Below are positions 28,963 to 37,571 of a DNA stretch of 64,000 nucleotides, one piece after another. Within the stretch, counting starts at the first letter, position 1. Every line of letters starts with the position of its first letter. Location of the stretch: contig BTVJ01000036.1 of the NCBI GenBank assembly GCA_045863395.1, positions 1 to 64,000 of the forward strand. Reading direction: 5' to 3'. The DNA comes from Myxococcales bacterium. Lineage in GTDB: Bacteria; Myxococcota_A; UBA9042; JABWCM01; BTVJ01. Position numbers and translations under genes: made by a program. Under the pieces are notes generated by a model, which did no database searches, was not told where the DNA came from, and worked only from the letters and a program-made list of their open reading frames with translations.

Positions 28963-30411
28963 ATGAGCTTCCGCCAGGTCTTCCGGCTCCTGGGCGTCCT
29001 GATCGGGGTCCAGGGGGCCTTGATGCTGGTCCCCGCCGTGTGGTCCGCCTGGGCCGGCGAGCGGGACAGCGCCTGGGCGCTCGGCGCAGCGGCGGCCATC
29101 ACCATGACGGTGGGCGGCGTCGGGGTCTACGCCGGCCGCCGGACGCGGGGACGGGACCTGCACCGGCGCGAGGCCCTGCTCACCGTCGCCCTCGGGTGGA
29201 TCGGCGCCTCGGCGGCCGGCGCCCTCCCCTACCTGCTGGACGGCGCGTTCACGTCGTTCGTGGACGCCTTCTTCGAGACGGCGAGCGGACTGACCACCAC
29301 CGGCTCCACCGTGATGACGAGCATCGAGGACAAGGGGCGCGGGGTGCTCCTGTGGCGCTCGCTCACCCAGTGGACGGGGGGGATGGGCATCGTGGTGCTG
29401 TTCATCGCCATCTTCCCGGAGCTGGGCGTCGGGGGGAAGCACCTGTTCCGCTCCGAGGTCCCCGGGCCCATCACGGAGGGCCTGCGCCCCAAGATCCGCG
29501 AGACGTCGTCCGCGCTCTGGCGCATCTACCTGACGCTCACCGCGGCCTGCGCAGGGCTCCTCCTGCTCGCCGGACTGGATGGCTACGACGCCGTCAACCA
29601 CGCGCTGACGACCATGGCCACCGGCGGCTTCTCGACCCGAGACGCCAGCATCGCGGCGTATGACAGCCCTCTCGTCGATGGCGTCACGACGGTCTTCATG
29701 GTCTTCGCGGGGATCAACTTCTCTCTTTATTACGCCACCATTCGAGGGGGGGGCAGGCAGGCCCTGGGCGACCGGGAGCTGCGGGCCTACCTGGTGCTCC
29801 TGCTCGTCGCGACCCTCCTCGTCACGCTGGACATCCTGCCCCGCCACCAGGAGCTGGACCGGGCCTTCCGCTTCGCCGTGTTCCAGGTCGCGTCGGTGAT
29901 GACCACCACGGGCTTCGCCACCGACGACTTCGACGTCTACCCGAGCTTCTCGCGGCTCCTGCTGGTCGCCCTGATGTTCGTGGGGGGGTGCGCCGGGTCC
30001 ACGGCGGGAGGCATGAAGGTCTACCGCTTCATCGTGCTCGCGAAGGCGTCGGTCGCGGAGATCCAGAAGGTCTTCCGCCCGCAGGCCGTGCTCCCGGTCC
30101 GGGTCGGGGGCTTCGTGGTGCCTGAGGACACCGTCCGCGCGGTGCTCGGCTTCTTCGTGCTCAACCTGGCGATCTTCCTCGCGGCGAGCCTCTACATGGC
30201 CTGGCTCGGCCTCGACGTCGTCTCCGCGACGACGTCGGTGGCAGCGACCCTCTACAACATCGGCCCGGGCCTCGCGCAGGTCGGGGCCATCCAGAACTTC
30301 GCCCTCGTCCCTGACAGCGGGAAGGTCCTGCTGTCCGCCTGCATGATCCTTGGACGGCTGGAGCTCATGACGCTGCTCGTGCTGATGCTCCCCGCCTTCT
30401 GGAGGCGGTAG
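28963..30411 (+). CDS. trkH: Trk K+ uptake membrane subunit
   Basis: Four pore-loop motifs: FETASGLTTTG, TMATGGFS, MTTTGFAT, LYNIGPG; QWTGGMG; FVGGCAGSTAGGMK; GRLEL. Confidence 0.95.
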   Translation: MSFRQVFRLLGVLIGVQGALMLVPAVWSAWAGERDSAWALGAAAAITMTVGGVGVYAGRRTRGRDLHRREALLTVALGWIGASAAGALPYLLDGAFTSFVDAFFETASGLTTTGSTVMTSIEDKGRGVLLWRSLTQWTGGMGIVVLFIAIFPELGVGGKHLFRSEVPGPITEGLRPKIRETSSALWRIYLTLTAACAGLLLLAGLDGYDAVNHALTTMATGGFSTRDASIAAYDSPLVDGVTTVFMVFAGINFSLYYATIRGGGRQALGDRELRAYLVLLLVATLLVTLDILPRHQELDRAFRFAVFQVASVMTTTGFATDDFDVYPSFSRLLLVALMFVGGCAGSTAGGMKVYRFIVLAKASVAEIQKVFRPQAVLPVRVGGFVVPEDTVRAVLGFFVLNLAIFLAASLYMAWLGLDVVSATTSVAATLYNIGPGLAQVGAIQNFALVPDSGKVLLSACMILGRLELMTLLVLMLPAFWRR

Positions 30412-33400
30412 ATGCGGCGGCTGCTGATCGTAGCCGGGCTCCTCGCGCTTCCGCTGTTGGCGCCGTGGTTCGTGCCGGGCCGGACGCTGGGGGCGGACGG
30501 CGCCGCGGTAGGAGCCCTCGGGCTCCTGCTGCTGGCGGCGTTCGTCGCGGCGGAGCTGACGGCCGCCGCACGGGCTACGCGGGTGATGGGCGCGGTGCTG
30601 GCGGGCCTGCTGCTCGGACCCGCCGGCCTGGTCGTCACCGAAGCGCAGGCAGACCTGGAGCCGCTGCGCGACCTGGCTGGCGGGCTGCTCGCCCTGCTCG
30701 CGGGAGCGACCGTGCCGCTGCGAGGCGGGCGCCGGTGGGTGATCGCGGCGACGCAGATCGTGGCCTGCCTCCTGATCCTCGGGCCGCTCACTGCCACGCT
30801 GGCTCCGGCGCTGCCCTCGTTCACCGGCGCCACGCCGGGCGTGCTGGCGCTGGCTGGCCTGCTCGGGGCGCTGGTCCTCTCCTTCGACTCCCCTCTCGCG
30901 ACGGTCGCTGCGCGCCTGGAGCTGCGCGCCACCGGCAAGGTCTCCGACGCGGCCCAGGCCCTGTCCGTGGGGCGCACCACCGGCGCCGCCGCTCTGTGCC
31001 TGGTCGCGCTCGGTGCCGTGCGCATCGGGGCCGAGCCAGAGGGGCTCGGCTGGGCCACGTCCCTCGCCGTGACGGCCGGAGGGGCCGTCGCCGCCGCCGG
31101 GATCATCTCCCTGTGGCTCCACCGGACGAGCGGTGAGCTCGTCGTCCTGCTGGTAGGCGCCCTGGGCGCCGCTGCCGCTGCCCGCCTGGGCGGGGCCGAC
31201 CCGGTGCTCATGCTCCTGCTGACCGGCCTCCTGGTCCGCGCATGGTGCCCTGAGCACGAGGTCCTCGCCCACCTGGCGGAGCGGGCGTCCTATCCGGCGG
31301 CCCTCGTGCTGTTCGCCCTGGCAGGCGCGACCGTGGACACGTCCCGTCTGCCAGCGCTCGGGGCCCTCGCCGCGACCCTGGCCGCGGTGCGTGTCCTGGT
31401 GCTGCTCTCCTCGACGATGCTCGCGGCCCGCGCGACCCAGCGCCTGCCGGCCCGCGCGCTCGCAGGCACCCAGCTCAGCGCGGGGGTGCTGGCCATTGGC
31501 GCTGCCGGAGGCGTCGCCGCCCTTCCCGTCCCCTGGGCGGCGGATCTCGGCGCCCTGCTGGCCTTGACGGCGGCCATCGGGCTCCTGACGGGCCTGCCGG
31601 TGTTGCGGGCGGCCCTGGATCGGGCGGGCGAGACCGAGCGGGCGCGGCGAGCCCAGCGGCGGACGGAGCAGACGGAGCCCGACGAGAGGGCGACGGCGCC
31701 GCACGCGGCCGGGCGCCCGGCGATCCCGGAGCCCGAGGGGCTGCACCCCAACCTGGATCGCATCCTTGCCGAGCTGCGCAACCGCCTGTTCGACATCCAC
31801 GAGCGCTTCGTCACGGACGTTCTGGACGAGCGCCTCCACGACGCGCGGCGGCTGGCGGGGACCCTGCGGGGCCTCGCGGAGGCGCGCCTCGTCCAGCTCG
31901 AAGACGAGGTCATGGCTGCTCAGGACGCGGAGCAGCGCGACACCCACCTGCGCCGCGCGGCCGAGGAGATCGCCCGCGACTGGCGGGACGCGGTGGCCTG
32001 GCACGCGGCCTCGCTCCAGGAGCGGGGACCGGAGACCGGCCCGCTCCTCGCTCTGGTCCGCTCGGTGGAGGACCTGGTGCTGTCCATGCCGCCCGTGCGC
32101 ATCCCCATCCGGGACGCGGCGTTCGAGCGCCTGCCCGACGACCCGGTCCGCGTGCGCCTGCGCAAGCTGGCGGGGAGGCTGCGGATCCGGCTCGGGGCCA
32201 GGCTCCGCCGCCGCCTGCTGCTCCGCGAGGTGCCGCTCGCCCGCCTCGGCCGCGTCGCGCTGAGCGGCCCGCTGCCCCTGGAGATCGAGCGGACGGTCGC
32301 ACCCTTCCTGGGCCACCGCACCGTGCGCCTCTGGCAGCTCCTCGTCGAGGCCCACGAGGACCTGGGGCAGCGCCTGCAGAACGCCGAGGGGACGCAGGCC
32401 GGCGGCACCATCCCGCACACCCGCGAGGCCGTCCGCGGGGAGCTGGACGCCCTCGTCCAGGATCTGGAGACCTACCGAGACGAGATCGCGGACCGGATGC
32501 TCCTCGCCCTGGGCTCTGGGTTCGCCGAGCTGCTGCGCCTGGCCGCCATCGCGGGGACGCCGCTCCTGCCCCGGCGCGAGACCGACCCGTCTCGCATCTG
32601 GGAGTCGAACCGCCAGGCGCGCGACGCCATCTCGGACTCCCTGGACCGCTGGTGGCTCGCTGCGCGCGGCGCGAGCGGCGCGCTGATGCTCCGCCTGGAC
32701 GTCGCGGCCATGCGCCGTGGCGCGCTCACGCGCACGACGGAGGCCGCGACGCGCCTGCGCGGCACGGTGGGGCGGACACTCCTGCGGCAGCCGCGCCGTC
32801 TCCTCACCGAATGCACGGCCCAGCGAAACCGCCTGGACGCGACGCTCACACCCGGTGGTACGAGGGCGGCCATGCAGCAGGCGCTGGATGGCGCCCGGGA
32901 CGTCCTGGTCGCAGCCGCCGACACGGCAGAGCTGGAGCGCATCCGTGACCAGGGTGGCCTCCACGGGCTGCTGGCCGAGGTGCACCGAAACCTGCGCCTG
33001 CTGTGCGACAAGCTCCCGCCCACCGTGGACGTCCTGCCACCCAACGGTGAGTTCGGGCCCGACGTCCCACCGACCGCCACGACACTCGCCCCGTTCCCCC
33101 TGCGCGACGTGGCGATGACGCTGTTCGGGCAGCACGCCGCGGCGCGGCTGGCCAGCGTGGAGCCGTCCATCGAGCGGGGGGTGGAGAGCACCTTCATGGT
33201 GCTCGTCGATGGCGCCAACACGGTGCGCTTCCACCTGGACGCCGCCATCGCGGAGCTGGGGCAGGCGGCCGAGGACGCGCCGGTGCCCGAAGACGTGTTG
33301 CAGACCGCTCGGGACTTCGCGCTCGGCGGCATCGAGCGCACGGCGGACAACGTCGAGGCCTTCGCTGAGGCCGTCGGCGCCGAGCTGGACGTCCACGTGC

Positions 33401-34731
33401 GCGACATCGAGCGGGTCCTCTCCGACGCCGTGGACCGCCTGAGCGCCATCGTCCGGCGCTGCGACCCGCGGGAGGCGACCGTGCTCCTGGGCGGGGGGGA
33501 GGCGCCCCCAGCCGCCGAGGAGCGCCCGGGTCCCGTCCAGCGCCTGCGGGCAGCCCTGGCGCGCCGACCGACCACGCGCCACCTGGCGCGACGCATTGGC
33601 GAACGCATCGGCCTCGCTCCCGCCGCGGAGGTGCTCCTCGGTGCCGCAGAGGCCAACCTCACGGACGGGGCTCCGCCAGGCATCCCGGAGACCTACGCCC
33701 GCCTGTTCCTCCCCGCCCCGGTGGGCATGGAGACCCTCTTCGTGCCCCGCCCGGAGGAGATGGCCACCCTGGAGGCGGCGGTGAAGAGGTGGCTCGGCGA
33801 CCAGCCGACAGCGGTGCTCATCGCGGCGCCGGCCGGGATCGGACGCAGGAGCCTGCTGGAGCGGGCCCTGCGGACCACGCTCTCGGAGTTCCCGTCGCAG
33901 CGACGCCGCATCGGCGCGCGCGTGACGTCCGAGCGAGACGCCCTGCGGGAGCTGAGCCGCCTGGTCGGGAGCCAGCGCGATCTGTCGGAGGAGGAGCTGC
34001 GGGCCAAGCTCAGCTCGGCGGGCCGCACGGTCCGCGTGGTCGAGGACGCCCACCGCCTCTACCTGCCGCATCCAGCGACCCTGGGAGGAATGGAGCGGTT
34101 TCTGAGCGCCCTGGCCGAATCGGGTCCCCACGTTCTGTGGATCGTCACCGTGGAGGCCCACGCCCGCGCGCAGCTCGACATCCTCCTGCGCTTCTCTGAC
34201 GTGTTCACCCACGTCATCGAGATGCGGGCGTTCGACCGCGCCGCCACCGAACGGCTGGTCATGGCGCGCCACCACGTGAGCGGCGCCGGGCTCCGCTTCC
34301 TGCCTCCGTCCGGGCGGCGCCGGACCCAGGAGCAGCTCCAGCGCGCCCTGTTCGATGGCCTCTACAGAGGCTCGGGTGGCCACCCGACGCTGGCCCTCTT
34401 CCTGTGGCTGCGGGCCCTGCGGCGGTGGGACGAGGAGGGGAGCGTCGTCGAGGTCGCGGTCACCGACCCGCCTCGCTTCGACTTCCTCGGGCGCCTGGAG
34501 TGGGAGCGCCTCCTGGACCTGAAGCGCCTCCTGCTGTTCGGCGCGATGACCCCGGCGGGCTTCGCGATGGCCCACCGGGTGCCGGTCCCGGACGCGGAGA
34601 TGCGCCTGCGCGCCCTGGAGCGGGCGGCGCTGGTGCGCCAGGAGCGCGTGGGCCACGAGGTGCGGTTCTCGCTCAACGCCGTGCTCGTCCACCCGCTGAC
34701 GCTGCTGCTGGAGGAGAGGAACCTGCTGTGA
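30412..34731 (+). CDS. 1439-aa fusion: antiporter-like membrane domain, long helical region, degenerate AAA/P-loop and winged-helix-like end
   Basis: First ~400 aa hydrophobic (LVLFALAGATVD, CPA-like); central amphipathic helices; FVPRPEEMATLE...VLIAAPAGIGRRSLL (Walker A-like), VVEDAHRLY (Walker B-like), SGGHPTLAL; abuts the trkH stop. Confidence 0.72.
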   Translation: MRRLLIVAGLLALPLLAPWFVPGRTLGADGAAVGALGLLLLAAFVAAELTAAARATRVMGAVLAGLLLGPAGLVVTEAQADLEPLRDLAGGLLALLAGATVPLRGGRRWVIAATQIVACLLILGPLTATLAPALPSFTGATPGVLALAGLLGALVLSFDSPLATVAARLELRATGKVSDAAQALSVGRTTGAAALCLVALGAVRIGAEPEGLGWATSLAVTAGGAVAAAGIISLWLHRTSGELVVLLVGALGAAAAARLGGADPVLMLLLTGLLVRAWCPEHEVLAHLAERASYPAALVLFALAGATVDTSRLPALGALAATLAAVRVLVLLSSTMLAARATQRLPARALAGTQLSAGVLAIGAAGGVAALPVPWAADLGALLALTAAIGLLTGLPVLRAALDRAGETERARRAQRRTEQTEPDERATAPHAAGRPAIPEPEGLHPNLDRILAELRNRLFDIHERFVTDVLDERLHDARRLAGTLRGLAEARLVQLEDEVMAAQDAEQRDTHLRRAAEEIARDWRDAVAWHAASLQERGPETGPLLALVRSVEDLVLSMPPVRIPIRDAAFERLPDDPVRVRLRKLAGRLRIRLGARLRRRLLLREVPLARLGRVALSGPLPLEIERTVAPFLGHRTVRLWQLLVEAHEDLGQRLQNAEGTQAGGTIPHTREAVRGELDALVQDLETYRDEIADRMLLALGSGFAELLRLAAIAGTPLLPRRETDPSRIWESNRQARDAISDSLDRWWLAARGASGALMLRLDVAAMRRGALTRTTEAATRLRGTVGRTLLRQPRRLLTECTAQRNRLDATLTPGGTRAAMQQALDGARDVLVAAADTAELERIRDQGGLHGLLAEVHRNLRLLCDKLPPTVDVLPPNGEFGPDVPPTATTLAPFPLRDVAMTLFGQHAAARLASVEPSIERGVESTFMVLVDGANTVRFHLDAAIAELGQAAEDAPVPEDVLQTARDFALGGIERTADNVEAFAEAVGAELDVHVRDIERVLSDAVDRLSAIVRRCDPREATVLLGGGEAPPAAEERPGPVQRLRAALARRPTTRHLARRIGERIGLAPAAEVLLGAAEANLTDGAPPGIPETYARLFLPAPVGMETLFVPRPEEMATLEAAVKRWLGDQPTAVLIAAPAGIGRRSLLERALRTTLSEFPSQRRRIGARVTSERDALRELSRLVGSQRDLSEEELRAKLSSAGRTVRVVEDAHRLYLPHPATLGGMERFLSALAESGPHVLWIVTVEAHARAQLDILLRFSDVFTHVIEMRAFDRAATERLVMARHHVSGAGLRFLPPSGRRRTQEQLQRALFDGLYRGSGGHPTLALFLWLRALRRWDEEGSVVEVAVTDPPRFDFLGRLEWERLLDLKRLLLFGAMTPAGFAMAHRVPVPDAEMRLRALERAALVRQERVGHEVRFSLNAVLVHPLTLLLEERNLL

Positions 34732-35498
34732 CTCCCTTGGGACCATCCACCGGCACGCTCGCCATCGCGCTCACCCAGGCGGAGATCGACGTGGCCGAGC
34801 TGCTGCTCGTCGTCCTCTCCGTGGGGGCCGTACTGGCAGGCGCCTTTGCCCTGAGCGCCCGGCTGGCGCGGGAGGGGGCCGCCCGCAGGGAGCGCCGGGT
34901 GCTGGCCGGTGTGCGCGTCGGCGTGTGGGTCCTCGCGGGCCTCTCGAGCGCAGCGCTGGTCGCCGCCCTGGCCCCGGGGGGCGTCCCGCTCCTGGTGCTG
35001 GCGCTGCTGCTCGCCCTGGCGCTTGCGTCGGTGGACGCCCTGCGAAACGCCGTCGCGGGCGCGATCCTGGCGGTCCGCCGACCCTTCCGGGTCGGGGATC
35101 TGGTGGTCATCGGGGACACGGCCGGCTTGGTGCGACGGGTGGGTCTCCTGACCGTCGAGCTGGAGACCGACGACCAGAGCGTCATCGAGGTCCCGACCCG
35201 CCGGATCCTCGAGGTGGCCGTCCGGCACCCGCGCCCGACGACGCGGCGCGGGGTCCCCGTGTCCCTGATCTACCCGCTGCCCCCCGCGGCGGACCCCCGC
35301 AAGGCACGCCAGGCCGCGCTCGCGGCGGCCATCCTCTCCCGGTACGCCGCCCCCCACCGCGCCCCCACGGTGGTCCTGCTGCCGCCCGACCCCACGACGA
35401 CCACCTGGCGCCTCCACATCCAGGGCGCCGCCTTCGACCCGGCCCACACGGCGGCGTGGCAGAGCGACGTCACGGACCTGCTGCGCGACTCGCTCTGA
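34728..35498 (+). CDS. Small mechanosensitive channel (MscS)-family protein
   Basis: Three TM helices then LRNAVAG...RPFRVGDLVVIGDTAGLVRRVGLLTVELETDDQSVIEVP; GTGA overlap with the upstream stop. Confidence 0.82.
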   Translation: MTPLGPSTGTLAIALTQAEIDVAELLLVVLSVGAVLAGAFALSARLAREGAARRERRVLAGVRVGVWVLAGLSSAALVAALAPGGVPLLVLALLLALALASVDALRNAVAGAILAVRRPFRVGDLVVIGDTAGLVRRVGLLTVELETDDQSVIEVPTRRILEVAVRHPRPTTRRGVPVSLIYPLPPAADPRKARQAALAAAILSRYAAPHRAPTVVLLPPDPTTTTWRLHIQGAAFDPAHTAAWQSDVTDLLRDSL

Positions 35499-35504
35499 CC
35501 ACGA

Positions 35505-36830
35505 CTAGGCGCTCGCGCGAAGGACCACGGGGGCGGGGCGGATGTCGGCGCCCGGGGCGCAGAGGACGCGGTCGCGCCCCTCGCGCTTCGCCTTGTAGAG
35601 GGCCTCGTCGGCGACGCGCACCAGCGCGTCGAGGGTGGTCCCGTGGGTGGTGTCGGCGACACCGAAGCTGGCGGTGACGGTGGGGACGCCGGCGCGGGCG
35701 GTCGCCGCGGGCAGCTCGGCACGGGCCCGCTCCATGACGGCCGCACCCTCTGCGGCATCGACCCCAACCACGACGATCACGAACTCCTCGCCACCGAAGC
35801 GGGCGACGATGTCGTCGGGGCGCATGGAGGCCTTGAGGGACCGCGCAAGCGTCTGAAGGGTCCGATCACCCACGCTGTGCCCGAAGGTGTCGTTGAGCTT
35901 CTTGAAGTGGTCGATGTCGGCCATGGCCACGGCGAATGGCTGGCCCGCCTTGAGCAGGGTGTCGACGCGGCTCTCCAGGCTGCGGCGGTTGTAGAGGCCA
36001 GTCAGCGGATCCGTGGTCGCCGCGCGCTCGGATGCCTCCATGGCCCGCAGCACACCAAGGCGGCTCCCGGTATGGGCCGCGATCATGGTCAGGTCGTGCA
36101 GGGTCTGAGAGGGCGGCGGCTGGCCATCATCTCCCGTCGCGTGGATGACGCCAACGGTGCGCCCCCCGATGCTCACCGGAACGCAGCCCGCCGACCGCGC
36201 CTCGCCCTGGCGCTCCGCCAGGAAGGGGCACGCGTCCAGGGCGCTGGCGCTCGGGAACGTCTGGGGGCTTCCCTGGCGCGTGGCGGGGCACAGTCTGGGG
36301 CTTCCCACCTCGCAGCGCGATCCGGGGGCGTCGCACGCCGACCCCGACGCCACGGCGCGCCGCAGGTGGGCCTGGGACGAGTCGGCCAGCAGAAGCTCGA
36401 CGGCGTACCCACCCGAGACCTGCTCCATGGCCCGCTGGGCGATGCGCAGCGTGCGGGGCTCGTCGTCGGCCATCTCGAAGGCCCGCCGGAGCTGGGCCTC
36501 GATGCCCTGCTGGTGCGAGCGCTTCTCCAGCTCGGCGGTCCGCTCCAGCAGTTGGCAGTGTTGAACCGCGAACCGGCGAGCCAGGGGGCCGGCGATCAGG
36601 ACCCGGCCCGCGAGCCCGACGACGATCACCAGGAACCCGGTGTCGAAGGCGACCTGGTGCCACCAGGGCCTGTCTGCCAGGTGCAGCTCGATGAGCAGCA
36701 TGGCGAGGAGCTCCGTGGCCGCCGTGAGGGTCAACAGCAGCGCAAACGCGATCTGCAGGGTGCGCCAGAGGCGCTTCGGGTCGGTGAGGGCGACGTCATG
36801 TGGCGTCACACCGCTGCTCATCCCAGACAT
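35505..36830 (-). CDS. Membrane-anchored GAF-GGDEF diguanylate cyclase
   Basis: TDPLTGLYNRR, DIDHFKKLNDTFGH, RPDD I-site, RFGGEEF, ADEALYKAKREGRD; two N-terminal TM helices; Cys-containing GAF-like domain. Confidence 0.92.
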   Translation of the reverse strand: MSGMSSGVTPHDVALTDPKRLWRTLQIAFALLLTLTAATELLAMLLIELHLADRPWWHQVAFDTGFLVIVVGLAGRVLIAGPLARRFAVQHCQLLERTAELEKRSHQQGIEAQLRRAFEMADDEPRTLRIAQRAMEQVSGGYAVELLLADSSQAHLRRAVASGSACDAPGSRCEVGSPRLCPATRQGSPQTFPSASALDACPFLAERQGEARSAGCVPVSIGGRTVGVIHATGDDGQPPPSQTLHDLTMIAAHTGSRLGVLRAMEASERAATTDPLTGLYNRRSLESRVDTLLKAGQPFAVAMADIDHFKKLNDTFGHSVGDRTLQTLARSLKASMRPDDIVARFGGEEFVIVVVGVDAAEGAAVMERARAELPAATARAGVPTVTASFGVADTTHGTTLDALVRVADEALYKAKREGRDRVLCAPGADIRPAPVVLRASA

Positions 36831-37041
36831 CGAGGTCCTCCACTCGTCGTGCGCGAACCCCTTGGATCCGCGCCGGCCGCCTCCACTGGCTCACTGCTCG
36901 CGCCGGACCATCGGATGAACTGCCCGATCCCTTGACGTTTTTCTTGGTGTGCACCGACGGAGGCCTCCAGGTGGGCCCGCCATGGCCTCGCCCGGGCAGG
37001 ACGCTGCGCGTGACCACGGGGCGGAGGGGGTCAGCGCAGGG

Positions 37042-37073
37042 GGTGACGCGGGGGTCAGGTGACGCGGGGGTCA
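37042..37073. repeat. Tandem 2 x 16-bp repeat GGTGACGCGGGGGTCA
   Basis: Exact copies at 37042-57 and 37058-73, each containing TGAC-N6-GTCA; a third GGGGGTCAG at 37026-34. Confidence 0.75.
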
Positions 37074-37121
37074 GGTATACTCACATCTCATATCTTCCGG
37101 CGCCCCCCGTGGCGCCGCCCC

Positions 37122-37520
37122 TCAGCCCTTGCGGAAGCGCAGGGACAGGGAGTTGACGCAGTAGCGGAGGCCCGTGGGGCGGGGCCCATCGTGGAACACG
37201 TGGCCAAGGTGGCTGCCGCAGCGGGCGCAGGTGATCTCGGTACGGATCATGCCGTGGCTCAGGTCGCGTTGCTCGCCAATCGCGCCTCCCTCGACGGGGG
37301 AGTGGAAGCTGGGCCACCCGCTCCCCGAGTCGTACTTCGCCGACGAGTCGAACAGCGCCTCCCCACAGGCTCCGCAGAGGTAGGTCCCCTCATCCTTGGT
37401 GGCGAGGAGCTCCCCCGTGAAGGGGCGCTCCGTCCCTCGCTCCCGCAGGACGCGGTAGCGCTCTGCACCGAGTTCTGCCAGCCACTGCTCCTCGGACTTC
37501 CTGACCCCGTCGTCGCTCAT
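37122..37520 (-). CDS. msrB: Peptide-methionine (R)-S-oxide reductase
   Basis: [41 protein letters not shown]. Confidence 0.96.
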   Translation of the reverse strand: MSDDGVRKSEEQWLAELGAERYRVLRERGTERPFTGELLATKDEGTYLCGACGEALFDSSAKYDSGSGWPSFHSPVEGGAIGEQRDLSHGMIRTEITCARCGSHLGHVFHDGPRPTGLRYCVNSLSLRFRKG

Positions 37521-37571
37521 GCGCTCACCTCCGATGCGGCAGGGTACGGATCAGGTGCCCGCAGTCCAGGC

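Noticed and set aside
28840..34746. Minus-strand 1968-aa ORF, and similar long ORFs at 8661-11270, 37059-40901 and 49680-52229
   Set aside because: Antisense to well-supported genes and without recognisable motifs.
36831..37020. c-di-GMP riboswitch upstream of the diguanylate cyclase
   Set aside because: Could not find the GEMM hallmarks (GCAAA, GNRA tetraloop with receptor) on the minus strand.
37122..37520. Selenocysteine-containing MsrB
   Set aside because: The catalytic residue is an ordinary Cys (RYCVNS) with no in-frame TGA.
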